From assembly GCA_964016885.1 (NCBI GenBank), contig OZ024751.1, positions 8,060,001 through 8,124,000 of the forward strand: DNA of 64,000 nt, given 5' to 3'. Positions 1 to 13,078 of this stretch are shown here, in pieces (position 1 is the first letter of the stretch; each line of letters starts with the position of its first letter). Source of the DNA: Eledone cirrhosa. Its lineage: Eukaryota. The translations under genes and the position numbers were made by a program. The notes beneath the pieces are model-generated. The model saw only the letters and a list, made by a program, of their open reading frames with translations, was not told the DNA's origin and did not search any database.

Positions 1-460
1 TATCAGGTCAGTGTATAAGGAGATGTAACGTTAATGGATTAATAGATTTCTAAAATGTTTATAGATGCTGGTCGTTCTGCAATGTGTGTGCGTTCCTACA
101 CAGAGTATGTGTGAGTGTGATTAAGAATGTGTGAGTGCAAGTGAGAACCGCGGAAGGATATAGTCCAAGTATCAAGTAATAAGATTTGATACAATGTATT
201 AATTCACATTCAGAGACACATACCGTTTCCTATTCTGCTTATGCTGCATAAAATATATGAAATTATGAGATGTAAATCACACATATACACACACGCACGA
301 ACAAAGACACACACAAAAATACGCATACACCCCTCCACCACATATATATGGGTGGTGGTTAATACAAATTTGAGAATAGGTTAAGAGAACGTGGATGCCT
401 GTGAAACGCGCATTACACAAAATAAATACAGATATATGTACATATATATACATATATGTA

Positions 461-513
<53 letters not shown>

Positions 514-628
514 GTAGAACACTGGAAGGTAATATCCGTAGTGGTATAGACATCAGTTCATGGGACGAGTTAGGTAGAATTGGTTACACAACAGTTAGTT
601 CAACGTACTTTTGCTTCACATCATTTTG

Positions 629-736
<108 letters not shown>

Positions 737-829
737 ACCAAAATTAAATTAAGGATGTTATTTCTGAGAATAGCCTCAAACATTCAAAGGGATAAATCGG
801 TGCATTTATTAGCATTAGATTAAATATAT

Positions 830-900
830 AACTGTTTCTACTTTAGGCACAAGGCCAGCAATTACACAGTGCATTACTGGTACTTTATTTTATCGACCCC
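830..900 (-). mobile_element. 3' fragment of tRNA-derived CORE-type SINE
   Basis: Reverse complement matches the 3' half of the SINE at 8046-8229 (ggggtcgataaaataaagtaccagtaatgcactg...ggccttgtgcctaaagtagaaaca). Confidence 0.85.
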
Positions 901-949
901 TGGGAACCTCTATATTTGAAGTTATCGTTAAATTTTTCTATGCTACCTA

Positions 950-1180
950 ACTGCCGGCCGCTTTTCTGCAGCCACAACCTGGAGCAGTCTGCGACTAACC
1001 CAGGTTCTACTGCACGTCGGCCTGAGGAGGACAAACTCCTCAAATACCGGTCACTCTCCGACATGTTTGCGGTTGTATCCCTAGCAGTGGAGACTTCTGG
1101 TGTCCTCGGCTTTATGGCTACCTCCCTACTCACCCCCCAGCGCCTGCTCTATCCTGTCCGCCGGGGCTCGGGTGGGGTGG
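950..1180 (+). mobile_element. Fragment of the restriction-like endonuclease C-terminus of a CRE-like non-LTR retrotransposon
   Basis: GC-rich island; frame reads SATNPGSTARRPEEDKLLKYRSLSDMFAVVSLAVETSGVLG, matching the AxxAExxKxxKY...AVETxGxLG tail of RLE elements. Confidence 0.6.
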
Positions 1181-1413
1181 GGGGTCATCGCGTAACATTC
1201 CATATTTAAGTAAGTAAAAGTAAATATGTATGGATAAATGATAGTATATCTCAGATCACATTTACAGTAATCTATATTTACTATCATATGTTCGTGGTAA
1301 AGGCTTTACCTCACATAACATCAAATCTATGAACTTTTGACATTATTTATTTTTAGTAAATATGTGTGTTTACACTCTTTACAAGTTATCCCCTCTGATT
1401 GTTTGATGTGTTC

Positions 1414-1451
<38 letters not shown>

Positions 1452-1784
1452 TGTGTGTGTGTGTGTGTGTGTGTGTTTATCGATTTTAAGTGAATGCTAA
1501 TAAATGCTCGGATTTATCCCTTAGAATCTTTGAGCTTATTCTACATGTGGTATCGCATGTTTCTCAGACATGACATCTTTAATTTAATTTTGGTTATATG
1601 TACTGCTCCTAGATAGTACAGATTTTTTGTTGAAATGATTCGGCTGCTATTTCTAGCAGTCGATAATCCTATTCACGTCACTGGATTGACGGCGGGGCGA
1701 TGTGTACTTAAAAAACCCACATGAGTTTCGTCATTTCAAGCTTTACTTTTAGTCTGTAATCACAGATAGTTAAATCTCCTCCAT

Positions 1785-1980
1785 TGCCGATGATCCAGGA
1801 TTTGACATCTGTCATTTGCCGATTAATGGTGAAATATATTTCTTTAATGAAATATATACAAAGGAGATTAATCATTATATTCGAGGTTATCGTTAAATTA
1901 TAATATATTACCTAAGTAACGATGTGTGTCTACACTCTTTACAAATTATCCCCAGTGATTCTTTATGTGTTTATTATATA
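1785..1980 (+). mobile_element. Decayed Penelope-type terminal repeat with HHR-like motif; related pieces at 737-825 (inverted), 915-950, 1340-1596, 2216-2240
   Basis: ttg-CCGATGA-t-cca...tgg-t-GAAA-tata...TA-caa; downstream sequence recurs at 915 and 1340; 1494-1596 is the reverse complement of 737-820. Confidence 0.45.
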
Positions 1981-1982
1981 TC

Positions 1983-2153
1983 AATATCAGTACAGGGTCG
2001 GACGCCATGCTTTGACGCAAAGAATTACGACGCTTCACGATATGAGTTCAAATGCCGCCGAGGTTTACTTTGCCTTTCATCCTTACGGGGTCGATAAAAT
2101 AAAGTACCTGTATTTTACTGGTTTATTGCTGGCCTTGTGCCAAAAGTAGAAAC

Positions 2154-2158
<5 letters not shown>
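1983..2158 (+). mobile_element. tRNA-derived CORE-type SINE
   Basis: B-box-like gagttcaaatgcc, central tttgcctttcatcc..ggggtcgataaaataaagtacc, 3' tail ggccttgtgccaaaagtagaaacaatt. Confidence 0.85.
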
Positions 2159-2216
<58 letters not shown>

Positions 2217-2249
2217 AATCGATTTTTAATTTAATGCTATACACACACA

Positions 2250-2293
<44 letters not shown>

Positions 2294-2300
2294 TATCCCA

Positions 2301-2350
<50 letters not shown>

Positions 2351-2589
2351 CCATACATACACACATACATACTGACATATATATGTATACATACATATAT
2401 AACCTGATTGTATTTTCGTTCTTGTGGTGGCTTCTGTGGCTTTGTCCCCTTAGCCACAGTTTTCAATCCGTCACGCTATTTAACATATGCTTATTACTCT
2501 AAGATGTAACTTATTGATTTATCGATATCTTCTTAATGTGTGATTCATGCAACGCTCCGAATATTGATTTTTTCGTGGGTGCTTCCACT

Positions 2590-2885
<296 letters not shown>

Positions 2886-2904
2886 CTTATATATATATAT
2901 ATAT

Positions 2905-3090
2905 AGTTGTAATAATATAGCTAGAATTAGTTTTCGCTTCTGTATCTTTTATATCAGTTAATTCCTTCGGTCATCAATGTTTACCAGTGAATGACCAACG
3001 CTCAAAAATGCAGATATAACATAGCTATAAACACATATATATAGTCTAACAAAGTTCTTTCATTGCACATCTGCAACATCGTCACCAAAA
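2905..3090 (-). mobile_element. Fragment of the Penelope-like family C terminal repeat
   Basis: Homologous to 6680-6850 and (reverse complement) 52630-52800; includes the GUUGCA gaug UGCAA stem II and GAAA. Confidence 0.75.
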
Positions 3091-3182
3091 ACTATACACA
3101 CACGCAAGCGCATGCGCACATGATTTCATATCAAAAGCCTCGCACAACAGATATGTACATGCATCACTGATTTTTTGTTTTC

Positions 3183-3259
<77 letters not shown>

Positions 3260-3265
<6 letters not shown>

Positions 3266-3336
3266 TAACAGATTAAAGTTTAAGCAAAGAATCGCTGCTT
3301 TCACCCTTTGGATTTTAGTCTTCAAATTTATTATTA
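3260..3336. mobile_element. Internally deleted copy of HHR mini-element family D
   Basis: Inverted arm (taaaataacagattaaagtttaagcaaagaatcgctgctttcaccctt) joined to tail (tggattttagtcttcaaatttattatt), as in 49680-49903. Confidence 0.75.
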
Positions 3337-3353
3337 TATATATATATTATATA

Positions 3354-3433
<80 letters not shown>

Positions 3434-5393
3434 TGTATGTATATATACATATCAACTTCCTGACAGCACGAAGGGGTTACGAGAAGGGAAAGACAATGTA
3501 AACAGAATATATTCGAAGGGGAGGGAATATGGTGGTTTTGTTCCCTTCGAATCTTTCTAACTTGTAGTCGGCAGGAAACAGTATTGCCAGAAGAGAATTC
3601 CATAGGTGAGATATGAGAGAGACGAGATTATGAATTCGAATTTGGAATTACATTGAGAACCTCGACTGTAATGGATGAGACCTTGCTGAAAATCGTATAT
3701 TCCATTTAAATATATTTATACATACACACACATTCAGACAAACACACACACAGACACACATACACACACACGCGCGCGCGCACGCAATACACATATATAT
3801 ATATAAATGTTAGAGCGAAAACAAATTTTACTTATATATTTATATACATATAGATGTAGGTTTGTGTGTGAAAGCGTGAGAGAAAGCGAGAGCGAGAGTG
3901 AATGTTATTTTATACAGATTTATATGGGTTTTCATGTTTTATGCAATTTCTAATATAATGTTACCGGTTTGTATGAAACATAAATCGTCTCAAACGACGC
4001 TGATCTAACATAGGGGTATTGCATCAACTGCTGGCTATAGTATTTTCTCGGATTTGAATATCTCTCTTTTACTGCAGTATTGTAATCAATGGAGCAGATA
4101 TATTTCTGTATAACATCTTCAAACTGACCGATATCGTATATATAGAGGGGGATAATGTAATAAAACGAATATAAAGGAAATAAAATAAAAATGATTATCT
4201 ACAAATTTGATCTATTTTATACATCTGCATTTATATCATCATGAGCATTTCATAAATCTTCTTTGAGTATATGTTCGATAAGCTAAAAGGTGGGTTGAAA
4301 GGATTACGGGTATTTTATAGAACTGAGGAAATACATCATTATAATGACAATATCTGTGACAACCATTTATGCTACAAGAAAATTATGGCATTTAAAACAA
4401 GACTCTTGTTTTCCTTCCAACAGAAATTATTGATCTGTATTTCAGAATTCCAGTGGCTATTGTGCAGTGAAATCATATCATTGAAGAACCAGCTTTCTCT
4501 ACATATTCTATACCTATAATAATATTTTACTTTCTTCTTCGGTTTCTCGACAAAAAGAATATAAATATTAAGTATTCCATAAAGACGACACCTAATTTAA
4601 ATTTCACTGATATAAGCATGCCACAAACAGAACAGCCATTTCTTGTTGTTCAGGCAGATATGAAATATATAGCTTTTTATTGAATTTTATTCTAAATTAT
4701 CTCATATAGTACTATTTTGTAATATCCTCTTTTTTTACGTTCTTAATACCTGTTTGAAAATATAAATATTTACATGCATTCACATTCCTGGTGGTTTAAC
4801 TGTTGATCAAATGTAAAAAAAAAATCAAAAAAAAAAAATAACCAATTAGCCTGTTAAGGAATCATCATGATATCTATACATTTGCCTTACAATATGAAAT
4901 ATAGGAAATTCTAAGATTCAATATATGCCTCCATAATCAATTTTACATTATTACTTCTATTTATAATGAAGAATTTCACACAGCCAGGATTAATATTCTT
5001 TTGTGAATGGGATGTATACTTTGAGTAATAATAGAAAAGAAACGCTATTGATGAAAGAGTTTTATGTACCTAACTAGTTAATAAAACGTCTCTTCAATTA
5101 TCATCTCAGCCCCGCATCTTCACTTTCTATGGAGCTAATTTAAAAAAAGAGCTTTTACTCATATGTGCAAGTTACGTTTTTATATAAACAAAAAATACAA
5201 AATGTCTAAATATGTCCTATTGAAATATGTGTAGCCATTTGTTGAAATGGTTCCGTGCGCGGTTATCGGGTCTAATAGTTTTAATATAGACCGCAGTAAA
5301 TGCTATTTCATCACCAGTAAATATGTTTTTAGTCAATTTAAACCAGCTCGAAGATTTGAAAATATTATAGGAATTGTACTATATTAACATGAA

Positions 5394-5509
5394 CAGAGTG
5401 GTCCAAAAGTCATAAGATCATTTCAAATTATAATCACATTTAATTGATAAAATTAAATTTATATATGATATATCTTAAAAAGACCTAGTGAGATATGGGC
5501 CACCGTGTA
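5394..5509. mobile_element. Possible decayed Tc1/mariner-type MITE
   Basis: Imperfect terminal inverted repeats acagagtggtccaaaagtca / tgagatatgggccaccgtgta. Confidence 0.3.
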
Positions 5510-6264
5510 TTTTTTCCTTTGAAATATATAGTTTTATAGTATGAACTTTAGCCTTATTAGGATATATCAAATATGTTTAAGTGGTTTAATGTAGATATTA
5601 TTTATATTATATGCGTGGATTTCAATTGGTATTATTTATTTTGATTTATATATGTTACGCTCTCACATAATGCAATATCTGAATGATGTACTTTAGTACC
5701 CTGTACTTTAGGAACAGCTGTTTTTGTATAATAATCAATATTTCACAGGCTTTCTTAAAATATTCGTGGAAAGTTACGTGTTATTATATTAAAACACCAG
5801 GTTTCGACTAACTGAAATGGTTTAGAGAGGGAAAACCTTTTAACATTCCTTCTAAAATTTAAAAAGATTATGTTTAAATATATTCTACACTTGAATCATG
5901 ATGCATATCCACAAATGACACACCAGGTAGTGATAGGAATATCCTGGCTCTTTAGAAAGAATATTCAATATATATATTATTCATTGCTCCAGGTCCAGTG
6001 AGCATATGCTGAATTATATATTCTACACGAGGAATAAGCATATTTTATATATTTTACTCTTTATACTAAAATTATCTGTAGGTTTGATAAGACGCCACAC
6101 TTGATAGCATATAAAGCTAGATATTACATATTGCAGTCTATAGTGTTAGATATTGTATATTTCAGCATAAATAATCATCAAACAATAAAAGCAAATACAC
6201 AGCAACTCAAGGTTTCCCAAACTCATATATAATCGGTTATGAAATAAACATTCACTCAAACATA

Positions 6265-6345
<81 letters not shown>

Positions 6346-6479
6346 TTATATATCTACTAGTTTTATACAAGACGTGTCATTGTTCAACAGTGTACTCAGT
6401 TTTTGTGTCAGCAGAGTGTAAATATATCAAAGAGTTAAGACACGACGACTGAACTCTTTCAGTTTGGGATTTTTTGTTC

Positions 6480-6547
<68 letters not shown>

Positions 6548-6599
6548 CGGCGATGAATTAGTTTTGCGAGGTTTTTGATATGAAATCGTGTGTCGAAAC

Positions 6600-7580
6600 A
6601 AATATTGTTATACTTGGGGAGGGTCATATTTGTGTAATATTGCCAGAATTAATAACAGAACACACTCACCGTTTGGTTGGTTTTCGCTTTTCGCTTCTGT
6701 GTCTTTTATATCGGTAATCTAATTTATTCGGTCCTCAATGTTGCCATTGACTGACCAAAGGTCAAAAATAATACAGATACAATATAGGCACAAACACATA
6801 TATATAGTTTATCAAAGTTCTTTCGTTGCACATCTGCAACATCGTCAGTGGTGCTATTGTGTCCTCCCGTTACATTGTATTTTCTACGCCATCATTATTT
6901 AGTCTGTTTATATATTCATTTGTTTATTTTATTTTGTCTTCTTTGCGCATGCGTTTGCGTGTGTGTATAGTGTTTTGTTTGATGTGTGTTCGTGATTGGG
7001 TGACTGTGTATTGGTTAATGTATTCTATCTTTACTAGTTGGTGTTTATATGAGTTTCTTGTTATTGTGCTTGTGTATGTATTTATTTATTTATTTATCTA
7101 TTTATTTATTTATTTATCCTTCCCTTAGGTCAGTGTTGTTTGTTTGGGTGTTGTTGTTATTCCATTCATTATTTCTGTTTAGCCTTGGCCTTTTAAGTTC
7201 TATTTCACTGGCCTCTCTGATTTGCCTATCCGCTGGGTCATTTCTATGTTTAGATATTATTCTTTCTATGTTGTCTATGTTACCATCATGTTGTTGTCTG
7301 GCATGTTCGTATAGGACTGACCCGTTTTTTTGTCCTTTTAGTTCCCCCCAGTGTTGGTCTATCCTTTTCACCTATGCTACGAGCTGTCTCGCCTATGTAT
7401 GTTGTTGTCATGTTTCTGCAGGTACCCTCTGTACATCTTATGCTATAGAATACGTTTCTAGCTTTACAGTTTATCCGGGGGTTTACCTTACATATGATAC
7501 TTTTCCTATTAGTACGGTGGTTTTTTCTTAAAAGGGTAGGTTTTGCTGATCAGGGATTTTATGGTGGTTCCTGGCTTTTC
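6600..7580 (-). mobile_element. 3' part of Penelope-like element family C: GIY-YIG endonuclease, 3' UTR and HHR-bearing terminal repeat
   Basis: Minus strand reads NVFYSIRC...TYIGETARSIG (frameshift) IDQHWGELK..SVLYEHARQQHDG..RQIREASEI..LNRNNEW; then cca-CTGACGA-t-GTTGCA gatg TGCAAC-GAAA at ~6815-6852. Confidence 0.85.
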
Positions 7581-7627
7581 TACATATTTATATATATATA
7601 TACATATATATGGATATTCACTAGATA

Positions 7628-7746
<119 letters not shown>

Positions 7747-7779
7747 TTGTATTTATATATATTTATATATATATATATA

Positions 7780-8040
7780 TATCACTATCCTGTGAATATC
7801 CAACCAATAAGGTATGAATTTCATGGGCATGTCTCCATTTATAAAAGAAATTTTATCTGATGAAATTTACTGATGTATTTTGTCTGATGAAAGCGTACCA
7901 ATGAGTCTTATTACCCTTGAAATACATATATAAAATAAATATGGTTTTATAAATATAGTTTCCATTATTTTAATATCATTGAATTATTTAATATCTTTGA
8001 ATATTTACTCCAGTAATATGTTGAGTGGTCTACATAAACA
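7780..8040 (+). mobile_element. Solo Penelope/Naiad-type terminal repeat with HHR-like core
   Basis: attttgt-CTGATGA(7884)-aag...ctt-GAAA(7919)-taca-TA; tail ataaatatggttttataaatatagtttc shared with the repeat at 40857-41012. Confidence 0.65.
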
Positions 8041-8045
8041 TTATA

Positions 8046-8229
8046 GGATTGGCAGTACCAGTAGAGGGTCGGACGCCATGCTTTGACGCATAGAGTTACG
8101 GTCCTTGCCATTCTGAGTTCAAATCCCGCCGAGGTTAACTTTGCCTTTCATCCTTTCGGGGTCGATAAAATAAAGTACCAGTAATACACTGGATTAATTG
8201 CTGGCCTTGTGCCAAAAGTAGAAACAATT
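8046..8229 (+). mobile_element. Near full-length tRNA-derived CORE-type SINE
   Basis: A-box-like tggcagtaccagtag, B-box gagttcaaatccc, central CORE-like block, 3' tail; about 10 copies in the window. Confidence 0.9.
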
Positions 8230-8303
8230 ATATATATATAATGATAATAAAAATAATAATAATAATAATAATAATTATAATAATAATAATAATAATAATA
8301 ATA

Positions 8304-8452
8304 ACGCTTTTTGGAACGCTTCAAAAGGCATGCTTGCTGGGAACAGCAAGAAACCTCCGATACGTCCTGAATATCTGAGGCTGCAGGTAGTGGCTTGATA
8401 TTCATTCCAACGGACTTTAGGTTAACTAACATCAATGACTGAGACTCAAGGA
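8304..8452 (+). mobile_element. Extreme 3' fragment of R4/Dong-like family A
   Basis: Near-identical to 12881-13030 (…LQKACLLGTA..LRYVLNI* plus 3' UTR). Confidence 0.95.
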
Positions 8453-8460
8453 GTAATAAC

Positions 8461-8528
<68 letters not shown>

Positions 8529-9420
8529 GGGAAGAAGACGCACGAGGTGGCGGAGGTCATGAAATCGCTCCCGTAATTTTTGAATTTTTAACATATTTAA
8601 ATCATTTGTGAAATAACAACTCTTAGTACAAATGCTACGTAAAGCACCGGCTTGAGCCCAAAAAAATTCCGACCCAAAATATATTGTTATAAGGCTCAAA
8701 TATTCAAATATTCAACTTTGTATTGTACACTGTATATCCAAAAAAGAAAATGGCTATAAATGGAAGAAGAACCCACCCACCTCTCCTCTCCTCTGTCTAC
8801 ACTATATAGAACAGCCAAACTCACCAACACCAGAAACTAGATACACCACCCACCTCATCACCTGTGTACACTAAACACAACAGCCAGATAACGGCAATTT
8901 CACCACCACCGCTCACTACTGCCATCATTACCACCACTATCGCATCACCGCCGCCACCACTCCTTCACTCCTTCACTGCTACCACCGCTACAACACCATC
9001 ACTACAGTAATACGATCACATCAACACCACCGCTGCCTCGGTATCGACATCACCACCACCACTGTCTCAGTATCGCTACCGCCGCCAGTCACACACCTCA
9101 CCGAGCTGGCTGCTGCCACCACATTATAGAATTCCTACTACTAAAAAAGAGGAAGGCATCAAAATATATAGATAGACTCAAAAGAAAAAAGAAAAAACAA
9201 ACAACAAAACCAAAGCAGCACAGCAACAACAGCAAAAAACGAGAAAAACAAACAGAGAAAAACAAAAACAAAAAAAACAAAAAAACGTAAAGAAAATAAG
9301 AATGAAGAGAGAAGCAGGCGGAGGGACAGAGAAGAGGGGGGACAAACTAAAACTAAAAAAACAAAAACTAAGTCAGACATTCGAACACTACATTACAATG
9401 AAACTTATGCTTATTCATTT
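8529..9420 (+). mobile_element. Orphan 5' segment resembling an L1/Tx1-type 5' UTR plus decayed low-complexity ORF1
   Basis: GC-rich first 45 nt, AT-rich leader, A-run + ATGGCT at 8750 (same context as the two Tx1 ORF1 starts), then Thr/Pro- and Lys/Gln-rich broken frames. Confidence 0.4.
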
Positions 9421-12400
9421 TTGGGGCCCTTTCTGCCTGTGTGTTTGTTTGTTTATGTGTGTTCGTATACAGCGTGGTGATAATGCCACACAAGGGCCAA
9501 GTGGAACGGCGAATCCACAGATGGCTATGTAACCATACATTCGCCAATCCTCGATAAGAGTGTTTAAATATCGAACATAAACAGTTCGAATAACGGTGAA
9601 ATGGAGACTAGAACGTCATGTGACAGACTCTCACCCAACAGGTGCCCCCTGGCTCAGCAGCAGGAACCTGACTGTCAACCAAATACTGCTGATGTTGGAG
9701 GAAGAAGAAGAAGGAAAGGGGCCAGAACCAACTGGACGAAAGAATTGAATAGAACTGTTATGCAATGTTACCTGAAAAGTAACCCCAAGGAGAGGGGCTA
9801 CAGGAGACGGATGCATAACATCTGGAACGAGATTGGTCTATTTAAATTAGATGAACAAAAATTGGCCGGGCAGGCTCGGGTAATAAGAACTAATGGGTGG
9901 ATAAGCGAGCTGGAACTGGAGGAACTGAGCAGAGAGAATGGCTTGGAGATGGCGGGTGTAGTATGCCAGACAAGCGAGCCAGTGGGAAATGAAGGTGAAG
10001 AGGTCCTGAGAACGGAGGAACCCCCCGAAGCAGACAATGATCTGAATACTGAGATAAATAATACCTGGAACAGAGATACGGCCACTGAGGAGATGAATGC
10101 TGACGGGCTAGGACAAGATTCGGTTGACATCCTAAATTTAGTGGTAGATGAATTGAACAATGATAGTGGGAGACCTATGAATCTAAGATTTGTAGACAGG
10201 AAAAAGTTAAAAGAAACAACAGCTAAGTTAAACAAATTCATCCCATACCTTGAGGCGAGGAGCCTTCACCAGTGCAACAATATCCTCAAAGCAACAGCAA
10301 ATACGGTGAGGAAACTACTTGGTATAAAAGCAAGAGGAAACAACAGACAAGAAAGAGCAGAGCCGTGGTGGAAGAAACGACTGAGTGGTCAAATCGGGGA
10401 AATGAGAAATGACATAGGAAAGCTTGAGTCACTACTGAATGGGACACTAAAAAACATAGGCACTAAAAATAGACTGGAAATAAAGTACAAAACTAGGAGG
10501 AAAAGCTAAATATTATCATAGAGGAACTGAAGCAACGCGTTGTAGCAAAGAGTGCAAAAATCAGGCGATACGAGAACAGAGTCAGTCAGTACAAACAGAA
10601 CCGCATGTTCGACAACAATCAGAAGATGATGTTTGGACAGCTTGAGGGGAATGAAAGAGGCAACGACTTGATCCCTCGGGCGGAGCAAACTAAAACATTC
10701 TGGAGAGGAATATGGGAGCAGGATTTTAGACATAATGTCCAGGCAGGGTGGATTGAGACAGTACAGAGGGAGATCGGTGAGCAGGCACACCAACAAACTG
10801 ATTTGAGTATCACAGTTGAAACTCTTAAGGGGCAGGCCAAAAAACTAACCAACTGGAAATCACCAGGCCCAGATGGTGTGCAGGGGTATTGGATTAAAAA
10901 TTTAACATCCCTCTACCTGAAGCTGACGGCCATGTTCAATGACTGCTTGGTGTCGGGTGAGGTGCCAGAGTGGTTGACAAAAGGTACCACAGTTCTGATA
11001 ATGAAAGACCGAATCAAGGGTAATGATGTTACCAACTATAGACCTATCACATGTCTGTCCGTAATGTGGAAACTGCTGACGAGCATTGTGTCTGAGGAAA
11101 TCTACCATCACCTCCACACAAACAACTTGTTACCGGACGAACAGAAAGGATGCCTAAAGAAGTCACGTGGTACAAAGGACCAGTTACTTATTGATAAGAT
11201 GGTAATGGGGAATTGCAGGAGGAGACACACTGATCTTGTCATGGGATGGATAGACTACAGAAAGGCATTTGACATGGTGCCTCATTCTTGGATCACCAAA
11301 AGCCTGGAGATCTTCAGGGTGGCAGATAACATCAGACAGTTGCTGGGCAGCAGTATGGGGTCCTGGGAGACAGAGTTGACATCAACTGGAGTATCCTTGG
11401 GAGATAGCCTGTCCCCTCTGTTGTTTGTCCTTGCCCTGATGCCCTTGACCATTATGCTGCGAAAAGTGAGAGCAGGATACAAGTTGGGAACGGGTGAGCT
11501 TACCATCAATCGCCTCCTCTTCATGGACGATCTTAAGCTCTTCGGGAAAAGTGAGAAGGAGTTGGATGTGCTTGTTGACACTGTCCGTATTTTCAGCAGT
11601 GATATATGTATGCAGTTTGGTATTAGTAAATGTGGTGTCATTGTGACAAGGAGGGGTAGGTTGAGCAGAAGTAACGGGATCCAGATACCAACAGGTGAGA
11701 TGATAAAGGAAATTGACTCTGAGGAAGGATACAAGTATTTGGGCGTTCTAGAGGCTGATGGCATAAAGAACAAAAAAAGGAAGGAATTGTTAAGAACTGA
11801 ATACATTCGGAGAATAAGGAGCGTATTGAAGTCACATCTGAACAGCAGAAATGCCATAAGCGCAGTAAATTCCCGAGCTGTGTCTATTATTAGGTACAGT
11901 GCGGGAATTCTGAGTTGGAATGTTGCTGAACAAAAAGAAATGGATAGGAAGACTAGGAAGCTATTGACTATCTACAACATGTTCCACAAGAGGAGTGATG
12001 TCGATAGACTCTACCTAAGGAGATCTAAGGGTGGAAGAGGTCTTATCAGCATAGAGGACTGTGTTCAAATGGAGAAAAATAACCTATACAAATACGTGAC
12101 CTATAGTAAGGAGCCAATGCTCAAAACTGTACTGAAGGAGGGGACAGTAGGCCAGGGGATGTCCAAGGAGGAAATAACATCAAGGAGGAAGAGCAGCCTT
12201 AAGGGAAAATCCCTTCATAGTACCTTCTTTGAGAAAACTGAATATAGAGATCCACAGACATGGAACTGGTTGAGAAGAGGAGACCTGAAAAAGGCTACAG
12301 AAGGAATGCTAATGGCTGCGCAGGAGCAGTCCCTCAAAACGAAGTGGTTGAAGCACCATATTTACAAGGAGGAGGCTAGCCCACTGTGCAGGATCTGTAG

Positions 12401-13030
12401 AGAGAGGAGACTGTGGCTCAAATTGTGTCCGAGTGTAAACACCTAGCCCAGACCCACTATAAGGGCTGGAGACACGATGTGATGGGCAGGGTGATCCACT
12501 GGCACCTGTGCAAAGTAAACAATTTACCACATTCTGAGAAATGGTATGAGCATAGGCCAGAGGCGGTGATGGAGAACAATCAGGTGAAGGTGCTGTGCGA
12601 TTTTAGGATACAGACGGACAAAAAACTGGAACACAATACACCTGACCTGGTGGCTGTGGACAAAGAAAAAAGATCGTGTCTGATTGTGGATGTGGCCTGC
12701 CCTTTCGACACGAGAGTGCAAGAGAAGGAGAGGGAGAAAATTAACCGATACCAGGACCTAAAGTGGGAGGTGAAAAGGATTTGGAACTGCCATGAAGTCA
12801 AAGTGATCCCGATTGTCATAGGCGCACTGGGGCCTATCTCCAAAATTTTCCAGGGATGGTTAAAGAAAATCGGCCCCTTCACGCTTTTTGGAACGCTTCA
12901 AAAGGCATGCTTGCTTGGAACAGCAAGAACCCTCCGATACGTCCTGAATATCTGAGGCTGCAGGTAGTGGCTTGATATTCATTCCAACGGACTTTCCAGT
13001 TAACCAACATCAATGACTGAGATTCAAGGA
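9421..13030 (+). mobile_element. R4/Dong-like non-LTR retrotransposon family A, near full length, decayed
   Basis: Myb-like N-terminus (WTKELNRTVMQCYLKS..RGYRRRMHNIW), RT, CCHC, RLE, short 3' UTR ending in (AAT)n; the 5' boundary is approximate. Confidence 0.92.
9601..12955 (+). pseudogene. RT + CCHC + PD-(D/E)xK endonuclease ORF of family A (frameshifts near 10505 and 12410)
   Basis: NWKSPGPDG, NYRPITCL, WIDYRKAFDMVPH, GDSLSPLLF, LLFMDDLKLF, YKYLG, CRIC, RHD, TPDLVAVDK..IVDVACP..EKINRY. Confidence 0.93.
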
Positions 13031-13038
13031 ATAACAAC

Positions 13039-13077
<39 letters not shown>

Positions 13078-13078
<1 letters not shown>

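Noticed and set aside
3452-3710. Hairpin-rich TA-embedded insert with TGGATGA..GAAA atcg TA
   Set aside because: Core and stems too degenerate, and only one copy in the window
3960-6140. Possible host coding sequence in unique AT-rich DNA (e.g. ORF 4271-4519); likewise 41100-48400 and 55300-60800
   Set aside because: No recognisable motifs, frequent stops and no convincing exon boundaries
9423-9520. Canonical HDV-like ribozyme at the R4-A 5' end
   Set aside because: A P1-like helix is present, but no P3/L3 (UCC..) or P1.1 GG could be placed; reported only as a structured leader
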